This document shows, piece by piece, positions 1 through 9,685 of a stretch of 34,526 nucleotides of DNA. The notes beneath the pieces are model-generated. The model worked only from the letters and a program-made list of their open reading frames with translations, made no database searches and was not told where the DNA came from. How positions within the stretch are numbered: position 1 is the first letter of the stretch; each line of letters starts with the position of its first letter. Where the stretch lies: contig CAXXSM010000071.1 in the NCBI GenBank assembly GCA_963663405.2, forward strand, positions 1-34,526. The letters run 5' to 3'. This DNA is from a bacterium. Its GTDB lineage: Bacteria > Hinthialibacterota > Hinthialibacteria > Hinthialibacterales > Hinthialibacteraceae. The position numbers and the translations under genes are program-made.

Positions 1-227
1 GTTCCAGAACCTGGGCCGCTTACGAAATCGGGTGAGACGGAAGGATCCAAATCAATATCACCCGCGCTGTCCGTCAAGTCCCGTTCAAACCGCCAGTAAG
101 CCACCGGATTATCGCTCATCACTTCATCCGGATAAAATTGCGCGAAACTCGATACTCCAAAACAGAGCGCCAAGCAACTGGCGCCAGCGAGAAGACTCAT
201 TGTTTTTACGATTTGCCGAATCATCAT
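1..227 (-). CDS. Secreted LamG/concanavalin-like domain protein, N-terminal part (runs off the window)
   Basis: Not in the ORF track. Manual translation gives MMIRQIVKTMSLLAGASCLALCFGVSSFAQFYPDEVMSDNPVAYWRFERDL..., with a signal peptide, a DNPVAYWRF motif typical of LamG-like domain starts, and AGGAG upstream. Confidence 0.65.
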   Translation of the reverse strand, partial: MMIRQIVKTMSLLAGASCLALCFGVSSFAQFYPDEVMSDNPVAYWRFERDLTDSAGDIDLDPSVSPDFVSGPGSG

Positions 228-365
228 GCCCTTTTCTCCTAACTATATTTTTTTTTATTACATGAATCATCCTAAATCAATAGAAAAACAGAAGTCAATC
301 CTACAATGACAATAGGTGGATGGTTTTTTCCAATTTATGGCTCTATCTGGAAAAGAAAAGCCGCC

Positions 366-986
366 TTATCCCCCAGCGACGATGGGAACGCCTGGAACCG
401 ACCCGCCCCAGCGTCCGATATCGCCGCCGCTAAGCAATCCATTGCTGGGCGCGTAGATCCGGCTGTTGGCGCCTTGCTGATCGCCGGAAACTGACTGGAT
501 ATACACCCATTCAATCGCGTCCTGCTTCCGGTCAGGCCCCCAACTGGAGAGACAGTACCCGTGTGTGCTGAGATCCTGCCGGTTGACCTGATTCATCCAG
601 TTCCCCGGCGAGATGGGTTCGGGTTCGTAATAATAATAGAAATAGAGATAACTCTCTTGGTCATTACCCGTCATATCTCCGCTCTTATTCTGCTGTTCCG
701 CTTTGAATGTATCCCTGAACGAAACGGTCGAGATATAAGAAACGGGTGTCGTTAATCCACGCAGATACACCGTTAAATGAGAATGGTTGTTATGGTATTT
801 GTTATGATCGATAAAATACGCTTCAAGCGCCGATGAAAGAGCCTTAAGATCCCCGTTCGTACGGGCGATCCGCGCCCGCATTTGCGCGTTCAAAAAATTG
901 GGTACCGCGATTGCGGCCAGAATTCCAATAATCGCGACGACGATCAACAGCTCAATCAACGTAAATCCTGTTTTTAGCTTTTCCAC
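366..986 (-). CDS. Type IV pilin/GspG-like protein with prepilin N-terminal cleavage/methylation motif
   Basis: G|FTLIELLIVVAIIGILAAIAVP class III signal; C-terminal SWGPD motif typical of GspG-like pseudopilins. Confidence 0.9.
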   Translation of the reverse strand: MEKLKTGFTLIELLIVVAIIGILAAIAVPNFLNAQMRARIARTNGDLKALSSALEAYFIDHNKYHNNHSHLTVYLRGLTTPVSYISTVSFRDTFKAEQQNKSGDMTGNDQESYLYFYYYYEPEPISPGNWMNQVNRQDLSTHGYCLSSWGPDRKQDAIEWVYIQSVSGDQQGANSRIYAPSNGLLSGGDIGRWGGSVPGVPIVAGG

Positions 987-1223
987 GATGAAAAATCCTC
1001 ATATGATCAAATATAGAATTACCATTGAATCATGATAGTTCGGTCACGATCAAGAAACAATGGATTAGAATGAGCGTCATTGGAAGGCTATAGGAACAGG
1101 TTAAATCAAGAACAGAAAAAGAATTCGATTTGATGTAGAACATCCCCATCTCCCAATGTAAAATAGAGGGATTTTTACCACTTTACCGGGATCGTTTTTT
1201 TAGAAAAAAGCTGGAAAACTGTC

Positions 1224-1251
1224 TTGACAAGGCTAAACGAGTGAATAAACT
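1224..1251 (+). promoter_or_regulatory. Sigma70-like promoter
   Basis: TTGACA (1224-1229), 16-bp spacer, TAAACT (1246-1251) in an AT-rich intergenic region. Confidence 0.5.
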
Positions 1252-1284
1252 TAATTATAGATAAAATTAATAAAGTTTAATTCC

Positions 1285-1343
1285 GCCGCCGGGATTGTGG
1301 TGCGCTACCCGCTTCCAACCCTCCTCACCACTTTTCCGGCGGC
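1285..1343 (+). ncRNA. Candidate structured small RNA or leader hairpin
   Basis: GCCGCCGG(1285-92)/CCGGCGGC(1336-43) and GTGGTG(1297-1302)/CACCAC(1326-31) stems, 23-nt C-rich loop, T-rich tail; lies just downstream of the promoter. Confidence 0.35.
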
Positions 1344-1486
1344 TTAAATTTTTTATTCATCCGATCATGTCATTGATTTCTTCTCGCCACAATGGCTAAA
1401 TCTTTAATCGGATTTTCCACGCTCACTTACAGATCGTTCATGCCCGTGATAGAATTCCAAAGAGTTCATTGTGTTCTGGAGAAGCG

Positions 1487-1978
1487 ATGGGGATTCGAAA
1501 AGCCCGCATTCAAGAAGTGCCCCGGATTAAACAGTTGATTGAGGACCACATGAAAGAAGGCTTTATGCTGCTCAGGCCCCTCAGTGAACTGTACGAAAAC
1601 GTTCGAGATTTTTTCGTTTGGGAAGAAGAAGGGGCCATTCATGGTTGTTCGAGTCTTCATATCGTTTGGGAAGATTTAGCGGAAATTAAATCCCTCGCTG
1701 TGGATCGTACCGGACGCGGCAAAGGTTGGGGCAGGGAACTGGTTGAACGATGTATTGAGGAAGCGAAAACGCTTCAAATCCAGCGCGTTTTCGCATTAAC
1801 CCAAATCCCACAGTTTTTCGAGAAATTGGGCTTTCAAGTTCTGGACAAAGACCAATTGCCCCATAAAGTCTGGGCGGAATGCATCAATTGCCCGAAATTC
1901 CCCGGTTGCGATGAAATCGCCGTCGGAATTACGGTTTTAGATCCACAACAAGAGAGCGAAACCACCGTTTCATCTTAG
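1487..1978 (+). CDS. GNAT N-acetyltransferase, short ArgA-like (amino-acid N-acetyltransferase)
   Basis: LAEIKSLAV...GKGWGRELV acetyl-CoA motif; LPHKVWAECINCPKFPGCDE tail characteristic of this family; ATG 1487 follows GGAG; arg genes nearby. Confidence 0.8.
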   Translation: MGIRKARIQEVPRIKQLIEDHMKEGFMLLRPLSELYENVRDFFVWEEEGAIHGCSSLHIVWEDLAEIKSLAVDRTGRGKGWGRELVERCIEEAKTLQIQRVFALTQIPQFFEKLGFQVLDKDQLPHKVWAECINCPKFPGCDEIAVGITVLDPQQESETTVSS

Positions 1979-2129
1979 AAACCATCATGATTGAGATCAC
2001 AACTGCAAATGAAAATGAGTTGCGGTAGAAATCACGAATGAGAAAGCCTTAGAAACTCATTTTCATATAAATTACAAACGCGTTCCATGTGGTTCGCTGG
2101 AACGATCTATCCTATTAAAGAGGTATTCT

Positions 2130-2426
2130 ATGTTTCTGGCCAAAGTTGTTGGAACCGTTGTTTCCACCCAGAAAGATCCGAAATTGGCTGGATTGAAATT
2201 GCTCCTGACAGAACATCTCAGTTTGGAGATGAAACCCACTGGAACCTTCGCTGTCGCGGCGGATTCAGTCGGCGCGGGGGAAGGAGAGGTGGTCGTCTGC
2301 GCCGCCGGTTCATCCGCCCGGTTAACGGATGTCACCAAAAACCTGCCCGTCGACGCGGTCATCATGGCCATCGTCGATACGCTAAATGTGGAAGGCAAAA
2401 TCGTCTACCAAAAATCTGATGGGTAG
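2130..2426 (+). CDS. Bacterial microcompartment pentamer (BMC-P, EutN/CcmL family) 1
   Basis: MFLAKVVGTVVSTQKD...AADSVGAGEGEVV...GSSAR...PVDAVIMAIVD. Confidence 0.93.
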   Translation: MFLAKVVGTVVSTQKDPKLAGLKLLLTEHLSLEMKPTGTFAVAADSVGAGEGEVVVCAAGSSARLTDVTKNLPVDAVIMAIVDTLNVEGKIVYQKSDG

Positions 2427-2444
2427 ACTCCCCGCGAAACCGCT

Positions 2445-2723
2445 ATGAATCTTGCGACTGTTATCGGCTCACTTTGGGCCACACAAAAATATCACGCTTT
2501 CGATGGCATGAAATTCTGCGTCATTCAACCCATCGACCAGCATCGAAAGCCCTTCGGAAAACCTCTCATCGCCGTTGACGCCGACAACCGGTGTGGGCTG
2601 GGGGAGACGGTCTTCTATGTCGATGGCGGTGACGCCGCCGTGATTGAAGAAGGAAAATCAATGCCGTCCGACGCCACAATCGTTGGAATCGCCGACAGCC
2701 TGTCAACGGATCATGAACCATGA
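2445..2723 (+). CDS. BMC pentamer (EutN/CcmL family) 2
   Basis: MNLATVIGSLWATQK...IAVD...GLGETV...PSDATIVGIAD. Confidence 0.88.
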   Translation: MNLATVIGSLWATQKYHAFDGMKFCVIQPIDQHRKPFGKPLIAVDADNRCGLGETVFYVDGGDAAVIEEGKSMPSDATIVGIADSLSTDHEP

Positions 2724-3040
2724 GAATCGCCCGCGTAGTCGGTAATGTTGTCTCCACCCTCAAACATGAAGCCTATGAGGGGAAAAAACTGCTGTTAGTC
2801 GCGCCGGTCACGCCTGATGGAAAGATCAAATCCCCCGCGACAGTGGCGGTGGATTATGTCGGAGCGGGAACGGGCGAATATGTCCTCCTCGGCGCCGCTC
2901 CCGGCGCCGCGAAACTGGTCTTCGAGATCGATGTCGCTCCGATTAAAGATATGGTGATGGGCATTATCGATGAAGTGAAAATCAATGGCAAATTGGTACT
3001 TCACGCCTCGGATTCCGAAAACCCCCTCGGTGAAGAATAG
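2720..3040 (+). CDS. BMC pentamer (EutN/CcmL family) 3
   Basis: MRIARVVGNVVSTLKH...VAVDYVGAGTGEYV...MGIIDE; ATGA overlap with the preceding gene. Confidence 0.9.
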   Translation: MRIARVVGNVVSTLKHEAYEGKKLLLVAPVTPDGKIKSPATVAVDYVGAGTGEYVLLGAAPGAAKLVFEIDVAPIKDMVMGIIDEVKINGKLVLHASDSENPLGEE

Positions 3041-3092
3041 ACAGCCATATTGTCACCCCGCTACCTCAACGCGAGTATTCTAGCAAACCATT

Positions 3093-4556
3093 CTATTGTA
3101 CTTCTTCTACTAATTCCCGGTCGAGGGAAACGGCTGAACCGGCGGGGGGGCAGAGCGCCTCAATCACATCCGCGGCGCTATAGGAATGGACGTTTCCATT
3201 GAGAAAACGTTTCACGAGGGAGACTTCCTCTCCCGCTGTTATTAGTGGAGGTTCGACATAGCCCGATTTACGGATCTGGGCTAGACCGATATTGGCCAAA
3301 AGGCCATTGCAGAGACATTTATATCCACTGATATCCTCTTCTGGCCCGCACTTTCGGTAATAATCCTTATTCGGTTCTGAAGGACAACGGTATTGCGTCT
3401 CGTTTTTTTCATTCTTTAAAACGGTCCGGAGATAGCCCAAATCACAAACACGGGGCCGCTCCTCATGTATTTTCTGTTCCGAAATCGTCTCTTCCAGTTG
3501 AAAAATCTTGAATGGAAATCCGGTGGGGGAGGCTTTGGGATCGGTAAACACTTTCGCTTCGTCCAATGCGATCTTTTGCAGGATCTTTTTCTTATAGACA
3601 GGCAGTAAGCCCGATTCTTCACAGAGCGCGAAAACCGTCCCCAGCTGAACTCCCTGCGCGCCCATTTCCAGCGCGTGTTCGATGCGCGCCGGATCTCCAT
3701 AGGAACCCGCCAGCCAGAATGGGAGCCCAAATTCTTTGATTCGCTCCAGATCCACTACATCTTTTTGACCATAGACCGGTTCGCCTTTGGAATCGAGCTG
3801 AACCCGGCCCCGTGGAGGCGCGTTGTGCCCTCCAGCGGAAGCCCCCTCAATGATAAAACCATTCACCAGACCTGTCGCTTTTTTCTTAAGTGAATACGCC
3901 AGTGTTGTTGAAGCGATGATCGCAAGGAACTGAGGACGTTTAAGCGGGAGATCGATCTGCCCGATAATCTTCTGAGGATTGAACCGCATCTCGCAATTCT
4001 TGTAATCCTCATTCTCGATATGGATATGGATTGAGGCTTCCTCATGATTGACATATCGATCAAGAACTCCCGGTATTTCACGGGGGATACCGGCACCCAT
4101 CAGGACATAATCCACACCGGCGAGCATGGCGCCATAAATCGATGGCAGATTCGGCAATTGGATTTTTTCGAGGTAATTAATCCCAACGATGCCGTCATGA
4201 TCTTCTTTCGCGAGAAAGATTTCCGTGAAATTGGCGAGAACGGTCAGTTCGAGAAGCGCCCGGCTTGGTTTGAGTGTAAACATCGGAACGGGCTTGAACG
4301 GTTGGTTCTCCGCTTTTCCGCCGGGAATGTAATACGTGTCAAAAGCCCGTTGCGCAATTTGCGGGAAGGGAAAATGGCCAATCGCACGTCGGATGTGACC
4401 GCCCGGATCGCCCAATTGCAAACGGCGCACGAAAACCGTCTCTAAAAACACACCCGAGACAACTCCTAGGTGACCGAGTTTAGAAACAGCGCTGGCAAGC
4501 CGCCAATTCGATATACCAACACCCATACCGCCTTGGATGATTAGTGGATAGCTCAT
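3093..4556 (-). CDS. Nitronate monooxygenase-family FMN-dependent oxidoreductase
   Basis: IIQGGMGVGIS, EGASAGGH, LAGSY and GVQLGT motifs; start placed at MSYPL (4556). Confidence 0.85.
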   Translation of the reverse strand: MSYPLIIQGGMGVGISNWRLASAVSKLGHLGVVSGVFLETVFVRRLQLGDPGGHIRRAIGHFPFPQIAQRAFDTYYIPGGKAENQPFKPVPMFTLKPSRALLELTVLANFTEIFLAKEDHDGIVGINYLEKIQLPNLPSIYGAMLAGVDYVLMGAGIPREIPGVLDRYVNHEEASIHIHIENEDYKNCEMRFNPQKIIGQIDLPLKRPQFLAIIASTTLAYSLKKKATGLVNGFIIEGASAGGHNAPPRGRVQLDSKGEPVYGQKDVVDLERIKEFGLPFWLAGSYGDPARIEHALEMGAQGVQLGTVFALCEESGLLPVYKKKILQKIALDEAKVFTDPKASPTGFPFKIFQLEETISEQKIHEERPRVCDLGYLRTVLKNEKNETQYRCPSEPNKDYYRKCGPEEDISGYKCLCNGLLANIGLAQIRKSGYVEPPLITAGEEVSLVKRFLNGNVHSYSAADVIEALCPPAGSAVSLDRELVEEVQ

Positions 4557-4764
4557 TCGATTTGAAGGTTCCTTTTTAAGGCAGGAAAACATAGATCATT
4601 ACATCCGCAGTTGGGTAGCATAAGTAAAAGTAATTATTACATCCTTTTCCTTTGATCATGATCCATAGGATCTAGCATAATGAATTTCTGTTCTTTTCGA
4701 AGGACAGAAATCAAATATTCAATAAAAAAAACTTTTCTTTTTATTCAATCTTAATAACCACACA

Positions 4765-4791
4765 GGATGGGCCGCGTCGTTTTGACCCACC
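4765..4791. repeat. Degenerate GGATGGG...CCCAYC REP-like hairpin
   Basis: GGATGGGCCGCGTCGTTTTGACCCACC resembles the hairpins at 32254-32311 and 33121-33149. Confidence 0.35.
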
Positions 4792-5008
4792 GCATACAGC
4801 GTAAGAGCATGAAGTCGGGGCGATGATTCTAAAATGAAAAATCTTTTCAGATTCGCCCTTAATCATCTATTCTCCTTTTATAGTATACTACAGGCGGACA
4901 ATAAAGGAACGTTCCCTGACCGCATGGTTTTCTTGCTCCAGAAAAAGCGGGTCCTTTCCCCCTTCCAATCAACTGGAAACTTCAATAAAACCTGGATGTT
5001 CAATCCAC

Positions 5009-5944
5009 TTACTCTTTCCAATCGATTAAAAACTTCATCAATGCTTTCTGACCGTGAAGACGGTTTTCCGCCTGGTCGAACACGATGGAACGGTTTGATT
5101 CGAGCGCGGATTCGGTAATCTCCTCCCCCCGGTGAGCGGGAAGGCAGTGCATAATCACCGCATGATTCGGCGCGTAATCGAGTAATTCATTATTAACCTG
5201 GTAAGACTGAAATACCGTTTTACGCCGTTCCGCGTCGTCTTCTTGTCCCATGCTGGCCCATACGTCGGTATAAATCGCGTCCGCCTCTTTGACGGCCGCC
5301 TTGGGATCGGTTATGAGTTCGAGCGACGCGCCGGTTTTTTTCGCCAGTCCCTCACTTTGGCGCAGGACGGTTTCATTCGGTTGATAACCATCCGGCGCGC
5401 AGGCGGTAAACCGCATCCCCAGCAAGGATGTCACCAGCATCAGAGAATTACAGACATTATTCCCATCCCCAATGTAAACCAATCGGTAACCTTTCAGGCT
5501 CTCCCGCTTTTTCACCAAGTCCCACAGGGTAAACATATCTGTAATCGCCTGACAGGGATGTTCTTCATCCGAAAGAGCGTTGATCACGGGGATATTCGAG
5601 TATTCCGATAGCTCAAGAATAGTATTTTGTTTAAACACACGGGCGACGATCACATCCACCCAGCGTGAGAGATTACGGGCCACATCTTTAACGGGTTCCC
5701 GTTTGCCCAGGTTGATATCATGATTCGTCAAATAAACGGAATATCCACCCAGCTGCTGAATCCCGGCCTCAAACGTCACCTTCGTTCGCAAGGATTGTTT
5801 TTCATTGATCATCGCCATGGTTTTCCCGGCCAGGCAATTTGTATAGCGATCCGGATGCTCTTTCATCCGCGCCGTCAGAGCGAAAATCTCTTGAAGTTCA
5901 TCCGGCGCCAAATCAGCGGCGGTTCGTAAATCACGTTTCTTCAT
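5009..5944 (-). CDS. argF: Ornithine carbamoyltransferase
   Basis: SLRT carbamoyl-phosphate motif variant, HPCQ, TDVWASMG, HCLPAHRG, DQAENRLH. Confidence 0.96.
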   Translation of the reverse strand: MKKRDLRTAADLAPDELQEIFALTARMKEHPDRYTNCLAGKTMAMINEKQSLRTKVTFEAGIQQLGGYSVYLTNHDINLGKREPVKDVARNLSRWVDVIVARVFKQNTILELSEYSNIPVINALSDEEHPCQAITDMFTLWDLVKKRESLKGYRLVYIGDGNNVCNSLMLVTSLLGMRFTACAPDGYQPNETVLRQSEGLAKKTGASLELITDPKAAVKEADAIYTDVWASMGQEDDAERRKTVFQSYQVNNELLDYAPNHAVIMHCLPAHRGEEITESALESNRSIVFDQAENRLHGQKALMKFLIDWKE

Positions 5945-5988
5945 GGTTCTATTCCTTCTCTACACCTCAGGAAGAGGCTTGCATTCTC

Positions 5989-7188
5989 CTAACTGCGATT
6001 CGAGAGGATCGAATCGAGTAAATCAACCGCATTCCACAGAATCTCTTCTTCAATAATCAATGGGGGCAGGAACCGCAGCACATTCGGTCCCGCCGGGCCG
6101 GCGATATAGCCTTTCTCCCGAAGAACGGAATAGACTTCGGCCGATGGGAAATCGAGTTGCACGCCGATCATGAGTCCCTTGCCACGCACTTCGAGGATGC
6201 AACTGTGTTTCTCTTGCAAGCGGGTGAGCCGCTGCTTGAATTCCTCCCCGATTCGGTGACTGCGTTCAGGAAGTTTTTCCTCAATGATCACATTCAGCGC
6301 GGCCAATCCAGCGGCGCAGACCAGTGGATTTCCCCCAAATGTCGCCGCATGGGTTCCGGGAACGAACGCGCTGGCCGGTTCTACCTTGGCCAGTAAAGCG
6401 CCGATCGGCGCGCCGCCCGCCAGACTTTTCGCTAACGTGATCATATCCGGTTCGACGCCGTATTCATCACTCGCGAAGAGATGGCCGCTTCGGCCCAATC
6501 CACATTGGATTTCATCAAAAATCAATAAAACGTCTTTTTCATCACACAGGGCGCGGACCGCTTGCAGGTAGTCTTTCTGACAGGGATAAATCCCGCCTTC
6601 CCCCTGCACGGGTTCGAGAATCACCGCGCAGATGGTCTCATCCATCGCCGCGCGCATTGCGTCTATGTCATGAAGAGGAACGTGTGTAACGCCTTCCACT
6701 AATGGCTGGAATCCCTCATGATATTTTGATTGTCCCGTTACTGACAGGGCGCCCATCGTGCGGCCATGAAAGGAATTCTCCAGGGCGATGATGCCATGAC
6801 GTCCCTTCCCATAGCGATCGTAGGAACGGCGTCTCGCCATTTTCAGCGCCCCCTCTACCGCTTCCGTCCCGCTGTTGCAGAAGAACACTTTATCCGCCGG
6901 ACTCGATTTGACCAGCAGTTCCGCCAGCTGAGTCTGTGGTTCGATTAAGTAAAGATTGGAGACATGCAGAAGCGTGGCCGCCTGCGCTTGGAGCGCCGCC
7001 GTTACTTTCGGGTGGCAGTGACCGATGTTATTGACACCCAGTCCGGAAAGGAGATCGACGTACCGTCGCCCATCCGCGTCCCATACATACACACCTTCGC
7101 CTCGAACCAAGGCGAGGTCGCGGGTTCCGTAATTCCCCATAAGATAGGTTTCCGCGCGGGAGCGAATGAGTTGAGTTGGGTCCGTCAT
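5989..7188 (-). CDS. argD: Acetylornithine aminotransferase
   Basis: Class III PLP aminotransferase: FHGRT, EPVQGEGG, DEIQCGLGR, AKSLAGG, TFGGNP; lies between argB and argF; start at MTDPTQ. Confidence 0.93.
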   Translation of the reverse strand: MTDPTQLIRSRAETYLMGNYGTRDLALVRGEGVYVWDADGRRYVDLLSGLGVNNIGHCHPKVTAALQAQAATLLHVSNLYLIEPQTQLAELLVKSSPADKVFFCNSGTEAVEGALKMARRRSYDRYGKGRHGIIALENSFHGRTMGALSVTGQSKYHEGFQPLVEGVTHVPLHDIDAMRAAMDETICAVILEPVQGEGGIYPCQKDYLQAVRALCDEKDVLLIFDEIQCGLGRSGHLFASDEYGVEPDMITLAKSLAGGAPIGALLAKVEPASAFVPGTHAATFGGNPLVCAAGLAALNVIIEEKLPERSHRIGEEFKQRLTRLQEKHSCILEVRGKGLMIGVQLDFPSAEVYSVLREKGYIAGPAGPNVLRFLPPLIIEEEILWNAVDLLDSILSNRS

Positions 7189-7291
7189 GATCAGTTCCTT
7201 TCGAAAAAAAAATAGTACGCTCATCAAAGATGAGTGATTCCATTCATTGTCTTTTGATACAAATGAGTATTGAAAAACGTTGGTTTCCTAA

Positions 7292-8179
7292 TTACGGATC
7301 GGGAAAGATCTGGGTTCCCACTCCGGTATTCGAAAACAACTCCAGCAACACGGAATGAGGAATCCTTCCATCAATGATATGCGCCTTTTTCACGCCGCCT
7401 TCCAGCGCCCGTAAACAGGATTTAATCTTGGGAATCATTCCCCCTCCGGCGATTCCCTCTTGAATCACTTGCTTCGCGTCACTTACTTTTAGAGACGTGA
7501 TAAGCGATTTTGGATCCTGCGCGTCCCGCAGCACACCCGGTGTGTCGGTCAATAAAATCAACCGTTCCGCATTCAGCGCATGCGCGATCTCCCCGGCGGC
7601 GATATCCGCGTTGATATTATACGCGTGACCGCCGGGCCCCATGCCGACGGGAGAGATAACGGGAACAAACGCTCCCTCTTCCAACGTATTCAGAATGCTT
7701 GGATCGATCGATTCCACTTCCCCGACAAAACCGATATCGATCTCCACCGATGGTTCCGCTGTCCGGCGGTGCATCAGTTTTTTAACCTGAATCAAATTGG
7801 CGTCGCGGCCGGATAATCCAATCGCCTTCCCCCCTTCCAGGTTCATTCGCGCGACAATATCTTTGCCCACTAGTCCCGTCAACGCCATTTCCGCGATATC
7901 AATCGTCTCTTTGTCCGTCACTCGCAGGCCATCAATAAATTCGGCGTCTTTTCCCAACCGTTTCATCAAAGCCGTTACCTGCGGCCCGCCGCCATGCACG
8001 ACAATCGGCCGGACGCCGATATAGTCCAGCAGCACGATGTCGCGGCAGAATTCCTGCTTTAGCGAATCTTCCTTCATGGCCGCCCCGCCATACTTGATAA
8101 CAACCGTCTTCCCGCTGAAACGGCGGATGTAGGGCAGCGCTTCAATTAAATACTTGGAAAAGAGTTCTCGATCTTTCAT
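7292..8179 (-). CDS. argB: Acetylglutamate kinase
   Basis: IKYGG, VHGGGP, GLRVTD, NINAD, GGMIPK motifs. Confidence 0.96.
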   Translation of the reverse strand: MKDRELFSKYLIEALPYIRRFSGKTVVIKYGGAAMKEDSLKQEFCRDIVLLDYIGVRPIVVHGGGPQVTALMKRLGKDAEFIDGLRVTDKETIDIAEMALTGLVGKDIVARMNLEGGKAIGLSGRDANLIQVKKLMHRRTAEPSVEIDIGFVGEVESIDPSILNTLEEGAFVPVISPVGMGPGGHAYNINADIAAGEIAHALNAERLILLTDTPGVLRDAQDPKSLITSLKVSDAKQVIQEGIAGGGMIPKIKSCLRALEGGVKKAHIIDGRIPHSVLLELFSNTGVGTQIFPDP

Positions 8180-8200
8180 ACGTTTATTTTCACCGCGAAT

Positions 8201-9403
8201 TTATTCCTGCGTGGTTCCAGTCGTTAATTCCACCGCGCCGGATGACGTAGGCGCGGATTCGCCTTCTTTGACAGTCTTGTAGGAATCAACAATTGTGACA
8301 CGAGAACCAATCGTAATCAATTTATACAGTTCCATGACGTCTTCGTTATACATCCGGATGCATCCGGCGCTTTTGTGTTTGCCGATGGTTTCGGGCGCGT
8401 TGGTGCCATGAATCCCCAAACTGCTTCCAATCCCCATCCACCGGACACCGAGAGCGTTGTCCGGATGCCCAAACGGAACAACTCCACCATTGGGGCGGTA
8501 CCATTTCGGCTCTAAAAGTTTATTGATGATCGTATACTCACCCGCCGGCGTTTTGTAACTCTCTTCTCCGATCCCAACCGGATACCATTTCACGAATTTC
8601 CCACTCAGTGTGAGTAAATCCAACCGACAGATGTCTTTATACACAACCACCCGGAACGGCTCCTTTGGTACTTTTAACTGTTTGCCCGGACGCAGATGAC
8701 CCGTCAACTTGTTGGCTTCTACAACGTAATACGACGGCAGTTTACGCTCTTGCGCGATCCGGGCGGGCGAATCGCCTCTTTGAACCGTATACAATTCGCT
8801 GAATTCATCCAGCGTTGGCGACCAGAGTTTCGCTGTATTCATAACCGACAACTGATCTTTCGCCGCTGAAATGACCGGCAGTTCAGTCGCCGTCTCTATA
8901 ATTTGGTAATAGAGTTTTCTCGCTTCTTCGGTTTGTCCCTCTTGTTCATAAATCTGCGCCAATCCAAGCCGTCCCTGCTCGCGGATATTCGCCTGTGGGC
9001 TTTGGGATATCTCTTGATAAATCGCGCGCGCTTCATTGGGACTGGTCTCCAGCAGGGATTGCGCCCAACGCAGACGGGCTTCTTCAAAGTATTCACTTTT
9101 TGGATACTCTTTCGCCAATTGTTTCCAGATCGTACCCGCTTCCACGGCGCCGGTTTTATCATACAGCCGCGCGAGAACATAGAGCGCTTGGCTGGCTCCC
9201 TCGAAACGGGAGCCCACCTGCGTGACTGGTAAAAGGTGATTGATCGCGTTCTCATAATCCCCGGATTCAAGAAACGCTTCCGCGAGATGCACCCGATCCC
9301 AATACGCTTCGGTCGCCTGGCGGGTTTGGATCAGATATAAGACCGTTCCCACGCAACCTAAAATTAGAATGAGGAGGAGTAAAACCAGTCCTGTACGGCT
9401 CAT
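8201..9403 (-). CDS. Membrane-anchored TPR + LysM + L,D-transpeptidase (YkuD family)
   Basis: N-terminal TM helix, TPR-like helices, YTVQRGDS LysM, GIHGTN...SAGCIRM catalytic motif. Confidence 0.9.
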   Translation of the reverse strand: MSRTGLVLLLLILILGCVGTVLYLIQTRQATEAYWDRVHLAEAFLESGDYENAINHLLPVTQVGSRFEGASQALYVLARLYDKTGAVEAGTIWKQLAKEYPKSEYFEEARLRWAQSLLETSPNEARAIYQEISQSPQANIREQGRLGLAQIYEQEGQTEEARKLYYQIIETATELPVISAAKDQLSVMNTAKLWSPTLDEFSELYTVQRGDSPARIAQERKLPSYYVVEANKLTGHLRPGKQLKVPKEPFRVVVYKDICRLDLLTLSGKFVKWYPVGIGEESYKTPAGEYTIINKLLEPKWYRPNGGVVPFGHPDNALGVRWMGIGSSLGIHGTNAPETIGKHKSAGCIRMYNEDVMELYKLITIGSRVTIVDSYKTVKEGESAPTSSGAVELTTGTTQE

Positions 9404-9596
9404 CGAACTTCCTGCCTTTCCATTGTCAACCCGTTCACATCCAAATAAACATAACATCTTTACATCACCAGCCTGGACAATCGAGACTGGACAAAAACCG
9501 GTTAATTTGAATATATTTTGTAAATACTCCTATTCAAAAAATAATAATAGAACCACTGCGGATCGAATGAAGCCGCGCATCTTTGTAGTGGATTCT

Positions 9597-9629
9597 AAAA
9601 ATGAAAGACCCGCCTCTAATTGAAGCGGG
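9597..9629 (-). terminator. Rho-independent terminator after secDF
   Basis: Minus-strand CCCGCTTC-AATTA-GAGGCGGG followed by TCTTTCATTTTT. Confidence 0.65.
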
Positions 9630-9685
9630 ATATTCTTTCATTGTATCTGGTTTCGGGTAAAACCGGTATGGCTCCGGCCTTGTTA

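Noticed and set aside
1487-3040. Arginine-related microcompartment (GNAT plus BMC-P plus nearby arg genes)
   Set aside because: A 150-bp gap separates the GNAT from the BMC-P genes, the arg operon is on the other strand beyond an unrelated gene, and no encapsulation peptide is evident; adjacency alone is insufficient.
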